A DNA stretch of 60,227 nucleotides, filler included. It is 9 parts of 9 records of this genome, joined end to end, with 100 filler letters (N's around TTAATTAATTAA, not from the genome) between each part and the next. Parts side by side here need not be neighbours in the genome. Positions count along the whole stretch, not along the records: positions 39,708 to 46,994 come from SRR31147125_109930; positions 47,095 to 53,880 come from SRR31147125_109996; 7 more parts are not named here. The stretch is one strand, 5' to 3'. The position numbers and the translations under genes are program-made. The notes under the pieces are model-generated. The model searched no databases. It worked only from the letters and a program-made list of their open reading frames with translations, and was not told the DNA's origin. Below are positions 42,008-53,980 of this stretch, piece by piece (the stretch's first letter is position 1; every line of letters starts with the position of its first letter).

Positions 42008-43167
42008 TTACCATCGGGCGGTCAGGTATCTTTCCAGGTTTTTACTCAATACAGAATTGGCTATCCCGATGATCTCTCCATTTTCGGAATACTCCAGTGA
42101 TTGGATTGAGGGGGATTTTTCTATGAAACCCGGGAGGGATTCCTTCAGTTCCGATTCCATGATCTCCGAAGTCTCCGGGGATACGAAGGGGCTGAGTATA
42201 AAAATTGTGTCGGGAAAAAATGTCAGGTACAGGTTTTTAATGACTCCCTGTATCATCTCTTTGATTTCCCTGAGTTTTTCCGGCGGGAAAAAACCGTTGC
42301 TGACGATATCGACAATAGCCCTTTCATCGATTGATTCATTCCAGTTGTTGTTATGCAGTATGCTGGGCAGTCCCGCCATAGCTTCCAGGGTCGAGGCTTC
42401 GGATTGACCCAGGTTCATATCCCAGTGTCCTATCTCTCCAAACAAACCGTTGGGTGATTGAAGGATCCGGCCCTCCATGGCGCAGGATACGGCAATCCCA
42501 TATCCCCAGTGGATCAGGAGTGTTGTGCCCTTTGCCGATTCAGGCTTGGTCAGCAGACAGTACTTCAGCAGGGAATCAATGTTCCTCTCGATGATTATCG
42601 CTTTCCCTTCTCCGCCCTCGATATTGGCTAGATCCAGTTGTTCCATCTTGGGAAACCGGGATACCATTCGCCAGACTTTCCCCTTCTTGTCGATCAATCC
42701 GGGTACGGCAAATCCGAATCCCAGTATCTCTGAGTTCACCGGTATCTTCCCGCGGAAAATATTCATGACTTTATTGATTTCCCGGAGCATCTTGTCAGAG
42801 TCGATATCCAAATCCAGTTTGATGGAGACCTCTTCAATCACGTCTCCTTTCAGATTGATGACTGCGGCCAGCAGGTTCATGGATATGATGGAAAATGAGA
42901 TACTCAAAAAGCGGTTGTAGTTTATTTCCAGAAAAACTCGGGACGCCCTCTCCCGATATTCGCTTTGTTCTGATCTTCTATCAGTATGCCGTCTTCAATC
43001 ATTTCTGCCACATCCCGGGAAACCGTTGACGGTCTGATGGACAGGGCCTGAATGATTTTTTTCCGGGTTGCTTCAGGTGTTTCGTAAATACTCTTCAGGA
43101 TCAGAGCTTTTTCTTTATCCTTTTCACGTGGCAGAGTTGAGTGTAGAGAGTCATAATCCAGAATCAT
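42008..43167 (-). CDS. ROK family transcriptional regulator, frameshift near 42934
   Basis: N-terminal HTH (IRPSTVSRDV, GRGRP), GFAVPGLID, GLFGEIGH; one added T joins the ORFs. Confidence 0.85.
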
Positions 43168-43275
43168 TGTTAAAGTCCTTCCACTTCCCCTCACCGGGGG
43201 GGCGATAAAGTATATAACTATAAACGCAAACCGGCAATTGAGGAAGTAAAGGCTGAATCAGGAGCGGGATCCGGT

Positions 43276-44139
43276 TTATATGGTTGCTGCAATTCCGCAG
43301 AGCTCTTCCGATATCTTCCAAATTCTGTCCATCGAGGCGGTGTCGAAGGTTCCCTTATCCGGTTTCAGAGGGCGGCAGTATTTGTAGTAGATCTCTTCAT
43401 GGGCGGTGACATCCGGATCAGTTGCCAGGAACACCGATGTGGCCGCTCCCTCTTCGGGAGTCCTACCCTTCTTTTTCCGCTGACTCCACACAAGCCGGGA
43501 CAGACCGTTGGTTCCCTTCAGCCCTATTTCCGTATTCACCAGCCCCGGATCGGCGGCGAAGGCCCGCACGGAGGTCCTGCCTTTCAGGCGGGAATCCAGA
43601 TACCGTGTCATAAGAACATTGCAGAACTTGGACTGCCTGTAGGCTGCCAGGTTGCTGTACCGTCTGGTCATCTGCAGATCCTTCCATCGTATGCGGGCTC
43701 CGAAATGGGAACTGGAGCTGAGTGTAATGATTCGTCCGTCGGAGCTCTTCTTCAGATCCGGCAGGAGCAGGTTTGTCAGAAGGAAGGGGGCCAGGTGGTT
43801 GACCGCAAACTGCAGTTCGATGCCGTCGGCCGTGGGGGTGAACCGGCTGGCAAAAGAGCCGGCATTGTTGATCAGAACATCCAGTGCATACTCATCCCCC
43901 AGCTGCTCCCTGATCGCATCCACCAGTCTGTGTATCTCTTTCCGGGAGGAGAGGTCTCCTTTCAGATAGCGGATATTATCCGACTGTCCCGTTTCCTCAA
44001 AGAGCGCAGCGGCCCGGGTGATGTTCCTGTCGGACCGCCCGATACCGATGACCCGGAAGTTGCGGGAAACAAGTGCCCGGGCGGTGGCCAGACCGATTCC
44101 TGAAGTAGCGCCTGTGACAACGGCTGTCTTTCTGTTCAT
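43276..44139 (-). CDS. SDR oxidoreductase (retinol dehydrogenase-like)
   Basis: TGATSGIG, NNAG, NHLAPF, YRQSK. Confidence 0.92.
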   Translation of the reverse strand: MNRKTAVVTGATSGIGLATARALVSRNFRVIGIGRSDRNITRAAALFEETGQSDNIRYLKGDLSSRKEIHRLVDAIREQLGDEYALDVLINNAGSFASRFTPTADGIELQFAVNHLAPFLLTNLLLPDLKKSSDGRIITLSSSSHFGARIRWKDLQMTRRYSNLAAYRQSKFCNVLMTRYLDSRLKGRTSVRAFAADPGLVNTEIGLKGTNGLSRLVWSQRKKKGRTPEEGAATSVFLATDPDVTAHEEIYYKYCRPLKPDKGTFDTASMDRIWKISEELCGIAATI

Positions 44140-44273
44140 ACCGGAATCCTAACACGGGGTGTACCGGTTGTCCATGAATGACCGTTGAAACTTGAAAGGC
44201 TGTTTAATTCTGGCGGCCGCCTTTTTTCCGTGGTATCATGCCCGGAAAAGGGATGTTTTTTTAAGGAGGCTGT

Positions 44274-45097
44274 ATGAAATCCTGCGTGTTTATTACCGGA
44301 GCGGCCGGAGGGCTGGGCCGCTGTTTTGTCGACGACGCCGCCCGCCGGGGCTGGGACCTTTTTCTGACGGACATTCCGGGAACCCCCTGGCGGAACTGGC
44401 GGAATCGACAGAGAGAACATACGGAGTGAATGTTCAGTATCAGGAAGGGGATCTGTCCAGCGAAATGAATCGGGATGATTTCTTCAGTGAACTCCGGCGG
44501 CGGGATGTTCAGTTTCATTTCCTCATCAATGTGGCGGGAATCGAGTTCGAAGGGGATTTCCTCTCTCTGCCTCTGAGCAGTATCCGGAGGGTCATGAGCG
44601 TCAATATGGATGCCACTCTTGAAGTGACCCATCAGGTGATGCAGAAACGGGACCCCTCCCGTACATTCCGGATCATCACCGTCTCCAGTCTCTCCTATTT
44701 CTACCCTATCCCTTCCAAAGCGATCTACTCCGCCTCCAAACGGTTCCTCTATAACTTCTTTCACGCCCTCCGGGAGGAGGTCCGATCTCTGGATGCCACG
44801 GTCACCATCCTCTGTCCCGCCGGGATGCCCACAAAAGAAGTGGTCCGGAAAAGGATCGAATCTCAGGGATTCATGGGCCGCATCACAACCCTGCCGCCGG
44901 ACCTGGTGGCCCGTAAGACCGTCGATCGTGCCTTGAAGGGCCGGGCGGAATTCATACCCGGACGGGTGAACCGGTTTCTGGTGGGAATCAGCTGGTTCAT
45001 GACCGAAGCCCGGCGGGCACGGGTTCTGAAAGTCCGGTGGGACAGGGCCAACAGCCGTCAGGCCGGAAGGTCCGAACCGGCTGGTAGAGCGGATTAG
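44274..45097 (+). CDS. SDR oxidoreductase, frameshift at C run near 44385
   Basis: AAGGAGG RBS, MKSCVFITGAAGGLG in one frame, then NVAG, YSASK, CPAG in the listed ORF. Confidence 0.85.
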
Positions 45098-45191
45098 GAG
45101 CAGCGGGCCAATTTACGGAATAAATTGCATGCAACAGTTGTGAAATTGAAAATCCTCTGTTACAATTTTTCTCAATGAAAGGTTGTGAAGT

Positions 45192-45818
45192 ATGAAGAAG
45201 ATTCTAATGGTATCCGCTGGATGGGGACACCCCCCTGTGCTGGGCCGGTTTGCATTGAGGACACTGTTGGCCCGTCTCCCGGATCATACAATTGACAGGG
45301 CCTCCTCCCTTGAGGAAGCCGGGAAGCGGGATCTGACCGTGTATGACGCGCTGGTCCTCTATTATCATCATAAAGATGCGGCGCTGACCGATCGGGAACT
45401 GGAGATCTTTTCCGGTTATGTGAGCAGCGGCGGCGGGGTTCTGGCGATCCATTCGGCTACCGCTTCCTATAAGAAGACTCCCGGGTATTTCTCTGTTCTG
45501 GGAGGCCGCTTTACGGGGCACGGCCCGGTGGAGCCCTTTGAGGTCCGGCCGCTGGAGGATGCCGATCCGGTTTTTGCCGGAATCGGCGTATTCCGGGTGA
45601 CCGACGAACTCTATCTTCATGAACTGGAGCCGGACATCCGCGTCCACTTCACAACCCTATATGAAGGGAAGCCGGTCCCTATGGTCTGGACACGGTCTCA
45701 TGGCCGCGGACAGGTCTGTTATATCGGTCCCGGTCACCGGACCGCCACTATGAGGCAGCCGGAAATGGCCGGGCTCATCCGGGCCGGGCTGAAGCTGGTT
45801 ACGGGAGGCGCTGCTTGA
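45192..45818 (+). CDS. ThuA-like domain protein
   Basis: GGGVLAIHSA, LGGRFTGH, DELY, GRGQVCYIGPGH. Confidence 0.85.
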   Translation: MKKILMVSAGWGHPPVLGRFALRTLLARLPDHTIDRASSLEEAGKRDLTVYDALVLYYHHKDAALTDRELEIFSGYVSSGGGVLAIHSATASYKKTPGYFSVLGGRFTGHGPVEPFEVRPLEDADPVFAGIGVFRVTDELYLHELEPDIRVHFTTLYEGKPVPMVWTRSHGRGQVCYIGPGHRTATMRQPEMAGLIRAGLKLVTGGAA

Positions 45819-45846
45819 AGAAACCCATGAGACCGGCGGCTGTCTG

Positions 45847-46994
45847 TCAGTCCTGAAGATACTCGGATATGGTTCTGATCTGTTCATTGATGGATAGGAA
45901 GGCGTCCAGGCAGTCGGGATCAAACTGGCTTCCCGACAGTTTCTTCAGCTCCGCTATCGCTTCTTCGTGGGTCCAGGGCTCCTTGTAGGGTCTCCGGGAC
46001 CGCAGGGCGTCATAGACATCCGCGATGGCGGTGATCCGGGCGCTCAGGGGAATCTCACGGCTTTTCAGTCCCTCGGGATAACCTGACCCGTCATACTTTT
46101 CATGGTGGCTGCCGGCGATCTCAGCCGCCATGGTCATGAGCTCCCTGTCCTTCAGCAGGTCGAAACCCTTGGTTGTATGGGTTTTCATCTCCTCAAACTC
46201 TTCGGGAGTGAGTTTCCGTTCCGCCAGCAGGATCCGGTCGGGTATTCCCACTTTTCCGATATCATGCATGGGGGCGAACCGTTCTATGTCTTCGCAGTAG
46301 CTGTAGGGCATGCCGATCTTTTCGGCCGTCCGGCGGCAGAACTGTCCCACCCGGAGGATGTGGTTTCCCGTTTCATTGTCTCTGAGTTCCGCCATATCCG
46401 TCAGGGTCCGGAACATTTCCAGCTGGTTATGAAGCTCTTCCGACTTCCTGTGTGAAATATCATGGGCGATGCTGATATAGTGGGAGACTTTTCCATCCCG
46501 GTCGAAAATGGCGTTGATCAGGAGTTCCACCCAGATGACCGTACCGTCCTTCTTCTGATTGGGGATCTCTCCGGACCAGCAGGCGATTTCCGGATCGGAA
46601 ATCACTCTCCAGAGGTCCGCGAACTTCCGGTTGTACTCCTCTTCCGGAACTCCGATGTTGAAGTAGTAGTTTTTTCCTGGATTCAGAACATCCGGCTTCA
46701 GGCCTTTCAGATCCTTTGACGTGTATCCGTAGAGCCGTTCGAACTCCGGATTGACGAACAGGATTTTCCCTTTGTTGTCGGTGATCAGAAGGGCCTGTCT
46801 CAGGCTGTGCAGGGAGGTCTCATACAGCTCCCTTTCCCGTGAAATGCGGACGATGTCTGTCACATCCGTAATGGTCATCATGCAGCGGTCGGTTCCGAAC
46901 AGAGGGGTGGATTTGAAATCGTAGATTCGGCCGTCCTCCTCGATCCGCCGGTTCTGCATATGCTTTTTCCCGCAGCTGGCGCAGACGGAGGCCT
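45847..46994 (-). CDS. PAS + HD-GYP phosphodiesterase, 5' truncated
   Basis: RDNETGNH, MHDIGKVG, HHEKYDGSGYP, ADVYDAL. Confidence 0.92.
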
Positions 46995-47094
46995 NNNNNN
47001 NNNNNNNNNNNNNNNNNNNNNNNNNNNNNNNNNNNNNNTTAATTAATTAANNNNNNNNNNNNNNNNNNNNNNNNNNNNNNNNNNNNNNNNNNNN
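46995..47094. other. Artificial contig spacer
   Basis: N run with TTAATTAATTAA. Confidence 0.99.
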
Positions 47095-47347
47095 GTACCG
47101 GGCAATACATATCTTTTGGTTCTATCAAGCTGGCGTAATAAGGAGTGATAGACATTCTAAAACGCTTGAGGCTACTTTTTATTCCTCTTAGTTCTTCATC
47201 GGAAAGCGGTATAACTTCCTGTAATTGTTTGGCATTTTTGATACTGTTTCGCATCTGCCATTTCCAGTCGAACCAATCTTCATCACTGACTGTTTTCCAG
47301 TAGCCTCTGCTTTTATTTACAATCTTTTTCCTGGTTTTTGTAGCCAT
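47095..47347 (-). CDS. kamA: Lysine 2,3-aminomutase, N-terminal part
   Basis: DWKWQMRNSI, FRMSITPYYASLI...CPV; follows kdd. Confidence 0.88.
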
Positions 47348-47364
47348 GATGTCACTCCTCTGTA

Positions 47365-48420
47365 TTAAAGGTAACGTTTCTCGAATTCAGCTCTCACAAA
47401 TTCGCTTTCTCGTAACAGATTTAGTGTATATTCGGCATGGTCTTTACCATATCCGTTACCAATTACCATATTAACATCTTTTCCGATTCCTTCTGCACCC
47501 AAAGCCGCTTTTGTAAAACTTGTTGCCATCGAGAAAAAGTATACAATTCCGCCATCTTTGCACGGAAGAATCGAACCCATCTCACAATCGGGTACGTTTA
47601 CACAGTTTATAACGACATCACAAAGCTGTCCATCTGTTACATCTTCTATTTTTTTCTGTAAATCCACAGGATTGCTTGCAGAGCCAAGAATGACTTCATC
47701 AACAAAAGGCGCATCATGAAGAACTTCAATACCTTTTTCCCTTGGTTTGATACCAATAACTTTGCCAGAAACACCGGCTCGTTTTTTGGCTTCATATGCA
47801 CATAACAAACCGGATTTACCGGCGGCACCGATTATTGCCACAGTATCACCGGGTTTGACCATTCTGGCAGTCTGGAGTGGCGCACCGGCAACATCCAAAA
47901 CAGCCAAGGCCAGCTTTTCCGGAATATCGTTTTCATCTGGCAATTTGGCATATATTCCACTTTCAAACAGAATAGCTTCAGCATTGACATCTACCTGATC
48001 TTTATCTTTATGCACTTCAAGGATTTCGTGAATTTTCAAAGGTGTAAGCGATAAAGAAACCAAAGAAGCAATTCGATCACCTTCTTTCAAATCAATTTTG
48101 TCCTTTATTTTTTCACCGAGTTTCTTTACACTTCCAACAAACATTCCTCCGGAACCTGTGACTGGATTTTTGTGTTTACCAAAGCGATCAATGATGTCAA
48201 ACATGATCTTTTTGATCTCTTCGATATCTCCATTTGCCTGTTCTTTTATCTGAGTAAAACTTGCAGCATCGACATTGAGCGTTCTCACATCGCAAAAAAT
48301 CTCATTGTCGTATAACATATTGAAATCATTACTGATTTTTTCGGCTGGTTGTGGTAAAGATCCGACAGGTTCAATAACTCTATGACAGCCGTAACGATCA
48401 CCTTTTAACTGCTTTGACAT
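47365..48420 (-). CDS. kdd: L-erythro-3,5-diaminohexanoate dehydrogenase
   Basis: YGCHRVIEP.GSLPQPA, NPVTGSGGM, SLVSLSLTPL, LDVAGAP, FFSMATSF. Confidence 0.92.
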   Translation of the reverse strand: MSKQLKGDRYGCHRVIEPVGSLPQPAEKISNDFNMLYDNEIFCDVRTLNVDAASFTQIKEQANGDIEEIKKIMFDIIDRFGKHKNPVTGSGGMFVGSVKKLGEKIKDKIDLKEGDRIASLVSLSLTPLKIHEILEVHKDKDQVDVNAEAILFESGIYAKLPDENDIPEKLALAVLDVAGAPLQTARMVKPGDTVAIIGAAGKSGLLCAYEAKKRAGVSGKVIGIKPREKGIEVLHDAPFVDEVILGSASNPVDLQKKIEDVTDGQLCDVVINCVNVPDCEMGSILPCKDGGIVYFFSMATSFTKAALGAEGIGKDVNMVIGNGYGKDHAEYTLNLLRESEFVRAEFEKRYL

Positions 48421-48699
48421 TTTTCGCTCCTTTAGCTAACAAACCATTTTCAATTACCAAACAGTCTCATATCTGGGATGAAACATAATAGCAAAAAAGG
48501 GTCAAGGAAATTCGTAATTAATCCGAATAGTTATTTAAGACTATTAAATCAATTTGTAATTATTTCATGGACTTGATGTAATAGTTTTAATATAATTAAA
48601 AGAATTATAGGGAAGCGAATTAACGCAAATACATCGTTTTAATGGATATTGGATTCTGTTTTATACTTGATTGTATAACCATCCAATCAGGGGGTTTTT

Positions 48700-50634
48700 A
48701 TGTTAAGTAAGATAAGTACCAAAATTATTCTGGCCTTTATCGTTGTAGTCACCTTGGTGGGTATGATAATTGGCTATATCTCATCTTCAAAACTGACTGA
48801 TTCCGGTGAAAAGTCAATTTCTGATTTTAGAAAAGAATCAGAAGCATCGGCTGAAACACGCTTGAAAAACCTGGTTGAATCTGCCGTTGCAATGGTTAAT
48901 GCCAAAGCTAAGCTGGTTTCAAAAGATGAAGGCTTGACAGGATTAACGGAAGAAGAAGCACAAAAACAGGCTAAAGAGCTTGTAGCCAGCATGAGATATG
49001 ATGGAGGGAAAGGATATTTTTGGATTCAATCCTTTAATCAGTCGAATCCCAGAGAAGTAACAATGATTATGCATCCAACTGTACCCAAATTAAATGGAAA
49101 GGACATCTCTGGTTATAGATATAGCAGCGGAGAAAAATCAGGACAGGTCGTTGTAGCAACATCCTATATGAAAGATGGTGAGCTAGTAAAAGATGAAAAC
49201 AATATTCCATTTTTCGTCAAAATGAATGAAGTTGTAGCTTCCTCCGGGCAAGGTGTGGTCGGATATGAATGGCCGAAACCAAGTTCAGGTGGACTCACTG
49301 AACATCGTCCTAAATGGAGCTATGTACAACTTTTCTCGAAATGGAATTGGGTAATTGGATCTGGCATTTATGTAGATGATATTGACGAAGCTGTTAATGT
49401 AAAAACAGAAGAAATGGATGAGTTTATGTCAGACACTCGTTCTTCTGTAATGCTCTGGATTATCATACTCATCGTCGTTTTCGCAGTTTTCGGTGTCTTT
49501 ATTGGACAATGGTTAAAAAGAAAAATCAATACTGTTACCGAAAGAATGGATGATATTTCCAAAGGAGAAGGAGATCTTACTGTAAGGCTGGAAATCAACG
49601 GCAAAGACGAAATGGCAATGCTATCCACTAGCTTTAATCTTTTCGTAGATAAACTTCAAGGATCAATCGGTACTGTCGCCGGTGAAACCTCCAACCTCTC
49701 GGAAAGCACAGAACAGGTAGCAAACGCAACAAATACCCTTGCCGTTTATCTCGAAGAAATGAGCGCACAGTCTACTGAGGTTGCTAAAAATTCAACTAAA
49801 GTGGCAGACAACGTAGGGAACGTAAATCAGGCAGCAGAAGGCATGTCACAAAGCGTAAATACAATTGCCGCAGCTTCCGAAGAAATGTCATCAAACGTTG
49901 AAACTGTTGCCACTGCAATAGAAGAATTAACTTCTTCTTTACAAGAAGTTTCCAAAAATACCGTTCGAGCAGCGCAAATTGCTGATGAGGTTTCACAAAA
50001 CGCGGTTCAAACCACAGAAGTTATGCAGGAACTCGATAAGGCTTCAACAGAAATCGGCAAAGTACTTGTTTTGATTAGTGATATTGCCGATCAGACAAAC
50101 CTGCTTGCATTAAATGCTACAATCGAAGCGGCAAGCGCCGGTGAAGCTGGTAAAGGTTTTGCTGTTGTCGCAAACGAAGTTAAAGAACTCGCCAAACAAA
50201 CGGCACAGGCAACCGGTGAAATTTCCCAGCAAATCGAGGATATGCAGAACAGAACGGAACAAGCGGTTTCAGCAATCCACAAGGTAAATGATATTACAGG
50301 AGAAATTTACAGCATCACAAACACAATCGCTACAGCCGTTGAAGAACAAACAGCTACGACCAATGAAATTGCACGATCTGTCACAGGTGCTGCAACCGGA
50401 GCTAACGAAGTATCCAAGAGTGTTCAGGATTTAAGCCAAAACATCGAGGATATTGTCGTTGTAGGTACAAGAGAAGCATCGACCAGAATTACGGAAGTTT
50501 CCGGTGCCATTACTGAAGTCGATACGGCAATCAAGGAAACAACCGTCACAGTTTCAGATAGCTCACAGGCAATTGACAGATTGAATGAACTTGCGCAAAA
50601 ATTGGATGCGGTTGTCCAGCAATTTAAGTATTAG
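48700..50634 (+). CDS. Methyl-accepting chemotaxis protein (single Cache sensor, HAMP)
   Basis: [61 protein letters not shown]. Confidence 0.95.
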   Translation: MLSKISTKIILAFIVVVTLVGMIIGYISSSKLTDSGEKSISDFRKESEASAETRLKNLVESAVAMVNAKAKLVSKDEGLTGLTEEEAQKQAKELVASMRYDGGKGYFWIQSFNQSNPREVTMIMHPTVPKLNGKDISGYRYSSGEKSGQVVVATSYMKDGELVKDENNIPFFVKMNEVVASSGQGVVGYEWPKPSSGGLTEHRPKWSYVQLFSKWNWVIGSGIYVDDIDEAVNVKTEEMDEFMSDTRSSVMLWIIILIVVFAVFGVFIGQWLKRKINTVTERMDDISKGEGDLTVRLEINGKDEMAMLSTSFNLFVDKLQGSIGTVAGETSNLSESTEQVANATNTLAVYLEEMSAQSTEVAKNSTKVADNVGNVNQAAEGMSQSVNTIAAASEEMSSNVETVATAIEELTSSLQEVSKNTVRAAQIADEVSQNAVQTTEVMQELDKASTEIGKVLVLISDIADQTNLLALNATIEAASAGEAGKGFAVVANEVKELAKQTAQATGEISQQIEDMQNRTEQAVSAIHKVNDITGEIYSITNTIATAVEEQTATTNEIARSVTGAATGANEVSKSVQDLSQNIEDIVVVGTREASTRITEVSGAITEVDTAIKETTVTVSDSSQAIDRLNELAQKLDAVVQQFKY

Positions 50635-52932
50635 TTATTTGACTTTGTAAAAGCTCAGATTAAGTCTATCCGGGTAAAAAGCAAAGTTTCTATAATCAAG
50701 ACCAAAAAGCCTGCTATCGTAGTCAATCGAAGAAACTACCTTGGCAGGCTTTTTCATTTTACAATCAAGCTCATTTATTTCGTTGCAGTCAAGTGAATGA
50801 TAAAAATACATACATTTATCACCTAGCTCAAATTGTTTTAGTACAGGATCGAGATTTGACAGCTTTTCAACCTTGAAATGTATTGGCTTTTTGACAGGCA
50901 AGCCAAAAACGGTAAAACCAAATGTAGTCGGTGAAAACTTCAAACTGAACTCATCTTCATGAGCAACAATCGGATTCATACCTTTGGTTTTTGTCACAAA
51001 TACGCATTCGGGATTTTTATCCACCATTTGATACAAATATCGAACTTCTATTTGCGGATTGCGTGTCAAGGCAATTGAACTAATGTTGAACATATCTGAC
51101 GAATCAGGATGATATTCATAACCTCTTGGATTTAGCTGATTTGTTGTCAATGGAATAAACGACAATAAAACCAGTAATATCAATATTTTACCATAATTAG
51201 ATTCTTTGTATGAAAGTACTTTTTTAAATCCAATTACAATGAAAAAAGCAGCAATCGGCATTGCGTAGGAAAGCAGGCGGAAATAAAAAACAAAGTCATT
51301 TCGTCCGGCTGTACTGTATAAAATCATAAGCGCAATAAAAGTAACAGGCAGAGCCATGTGCTTGAATTTGCTAGAAAAAGTAACGAACAAACCAATAGGC
51401 AAAAGAATAAACCATCCTATCGAACAAAATGTAAAAAGCTGCCCCAAAATATCCAGGCCGAAAATATCAAAACTTTCAAGAATCCAGATGAGTTTCGATT
51501 GAATTTCAGTATGCTCCAACTGCTTTCTTAAAGTGTGCATTATCAACAAGATTCCGATTACAGTCGCACCAAAAACAAGTGGATTTATCTTGCGAAAAAC
51601 AGTGATAATTTTATTGTAAAAGTATGTCATTTTTGTGTAGTCTTTTTGCCATACCTTGAGCGATAACATGGTCACTGGTAAGGCAACGACAAGCATAAAT
51701 TCTACTCGCACACTTACAAGAATTATCGCCCCAAAGACGATAATCAACCAATGCAAAAGTCCGGAAATATTCTTGTTTTCTTGTTTGAAAAAGGAACTAA
51801 ATACTAACACACCAATTAAAAAGATCAATGATATCAATTGTGTAGGAACTTCTGAAATTGCAGTGATTGTAAAAGCCGGATTTGTTATCCAGACCAACGT
51901 AATAAAAATTGCAGGTAAAATAGAACGTATAATTTTCAAAGAAACCACAAAAAATAAAATTGAATTCAGTCCGGTGAGCCAGATATTTGTTTTGACTATC
52001 GGCAAAATCGAAACAGCGTTTTCTCCGGCAAAAATTGACATAAAAGAGTAAAATCCGCTGCCAGTATGAACTCCCCTGCCATATAAATGCATGATATTAT
52101 TGAATGTTGAGCCATCTTGTAAAATCGTCACAAGCCCGATAGGAACAGACAAAAAGAATAAGCAGAATCCGCTCCAGCCAATCATTGCAAGAGTTGAAAA
52201 ACATATTGATTTTCGAGAGTTATTGCGGGAAAGAAATATTAAAAAAGTTTGTATTATCAGCAAGATAGCAAAAACCAGAAACACTGCGTAGAAAAGTTTT
52301 TGTCTTGTTGTCTCATCTGAAAATGAATCAGATAAATAGAAGCCGGAAAAATAATCCGCGCCTAGCATCAAAATTAAAATAGAAATAGCAAACAGGATTA
52401 TTCGATTATCGCCGAATCGCTTGCTAAATAGAACTTTTATCCATTGCAAAAACACAAAAACAATGAGAGCAATTATCAAAGATAAAGCAAGAGACATCAA
52501 ATAATTCGGATTTTGCTGCTTGTATTTTGCAAAAGGGATGCGCTGGGCGGCTACTTCGTTTTGCTTGACGAATTCAAGCACGCTGAAAAGTAGCGATCTC
52601 GGTGGATTTTCATTTGGTGCAGGTTGTATTCTGTAGTACTTGCTCGACCAAATATCGTTGTCTTTTTTACTAGTAATTTCAAGTACATAGCTTGATGTAG
52701 CATCACTAAATTCAACGTGCAAATACTCTGAATGTGGCTTGATCGAAACGACCTTCCAATTATCATCAAGTTGCAAATTTTCACTAAAAAGCTGACCAGT
52801 TTCAGCATAAGCAATGCTAGTGGATGTCCCGATGAGGTACATAAAAAGCACTAAAAAAGACCAACAAATGACCAAGAAATTCCTGCCAATTTTATGCGAT
52901 TTCGAGCTGTTCATTTTTGTAAAACCAATCAA
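50635..52932 (-). CDS. Large polytopic membrane protein, possibly GT-C-like; function unknown
   Basis: More than 12 hydrophobic segments, extracytoplasmic N- and C-terminal domains, C-terminal cysteines. Confidence 0.7.
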   Translation of the reverse strand: MIGFTKMNSSKSHKIGRNFLVICWSFLVLFMYLIGTSTSIAYAETGQLFSENLQLDDNWKVVSIKPHSEYLHVEFSDATSSYVLEITSKKDNDIWSSKYYRIQPAPNENPPRSLLFSVLEFVKQNEVAAQRIPFAKYKQQNPNYLMSLALSLIIALIVFVFLQWIKVLFSKRFGDNRIILFAISILILMLGADYFSGFYLSDSFSDETTRQKLFYAVFLVFAILLIIQTFLIFLSRNNSRKSICFSTLAMIGWSGFCLFFLSVPIGLVTILQDGSTFNNIMHLYGRGVHTGSGFYSFMSIFAGENAVSILPIVKTNIWLTGLNSILFFVVSLKIIRSILPAIFITLVWITNPAFTITAISEVPTQLISLIFLIGVLVFSSFFKQENKNISGLLHWLIIVFGAIILVSVRVEFMLVVALPVTMLSLKVWQKDYTKMTYFYNKIITVFRKINPLVFGATVIGILLIMHTLRKQLEHTEIQSKLIWILESFDIFGLDILGQLFTFCSIGWFILLPIGLFVTFSSKFKHMALPVTFIALMILYSTAGRNDFVFYFRLLSYAMPIAAFFIVIGFKKVLSYKESNYGKILILLVLLSFIPLTTNQLNPRGYEYHPDSSDMFNISSIALTRNPQIEVRYLYQMVDKNPECVFVTKTKGMNPIVAHEDEFSLKFSPTTFGFTVFGLPVKKPIHFKVEKLSNLDPVLKQFELGDKCMYFYHSLDCNEINELDCKMKKPAKVVSSIDYDSRLFGLDYRNFAFYPDRLNLSFYKVK

Positions 52933-53136
52933 CTTTTAGAGACTTTTAAGTTTCCGTTTCCATCATCATAATTTGTAAAAACAAAAGATCAAAACAAATA
53001 GTCGTTCAAGCTGTAATTTTGTTAAGCTCAATAATTATCACACCAAGTTTTTCTTGCCTTTGACGTACTGCATCGTTTATGCTACCACGTCTTATAGTGA
53101 GTATGTTTACTTATGGAAATTAATTGGGAGACACCG

Positions 53137-53880
53137 ATGGGCAAGACATATGACCCTGCGATAGTTGAGAAAAAATGGCGTGAAATTTGGGAAAAACGTG
53201 GTGATTACACCATCGATATGGAGAACGCTCCAAACCCTTATTACAATCTTATGATGTTCCCCTATCCTTCCGCAGAGGGTCTACACGTCGGTAATTGCTT
53301 CGCATTTATCGGTTCGGATATCTTCGGGCGATATATGAAACTAAAGGGACATACCGTTTTCGAGCCAATGGGATTTGATGCGTTTGGAATTCATTCTGAA
53401 AACTTCGCCCTAAAAATCGGTAAACATCCAGCAAAGCTGACTGCGGACAATGTAGAAAACTTCCGTGAAAACCAGCTTAAAAAGCTTGGAAATATGTTCG
53501 ACTGGTCACACTCACTAGACACAACCAAAGAAGATTACTACAAATGGACACAGTGGATTTTCCTGCAACTTTACAAAAACGGCTTGGCAGAGCGTAGAAC
53601 CGCTCCTGTAAACTGGTGCCCGGAATGCAAAACAGTTCTCGCCGATTCGCAAGTGGAAAACGGATACTGTGAACGCCATTCTGATGTAAAAGTTGAACAG
53701 CGTGAACTTTCACAATGGTTTTTCCTGATTACAAAATATGCAGAAAAGCTATTAAATAATCTTGATGTAATCGACTGGCCGGAAGTCGTTACTCGTGTTC
53801 AGCGAGAAAAAATCGGTCGTAGCGTTGGTGCGCATGTCGATTTCAAGCTGGAAGATGAAACCGAATTTACAGTCTTTACA
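53137..53880 (+). CDS. leuS: Leucyl-tRNA synthetase, 3' truncated
   Basis: MFPYPSAEGLHVGN, PMGFDAFG, YYKWTQW, VNWCP; start may be 53113. Confidence 0.95.
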
Positions 53881-53980
53881 NNNNNNNNNNNNNNNNNNNN
53901 NNNNNNNNNNNNNNNNNNNNNNNNTTAATTAATTAANNNNNNNNNNNNNNNNNNNNNNNNNNNNNNNNNNNNNNNNNNNN
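53881..53980. other. Artificial contig spacer
   Basis: N run with TTAATTAATTAA. Confidence 0.99.

Noticed and set aside
36606-45097. Split glnA, ROK and SDR genes as programmed frameshifts
   Set aside because: Each is fixed by one added base in a short run, none has an in-phase slippery heptamer, and the pattern recurs across unrelated contigs.
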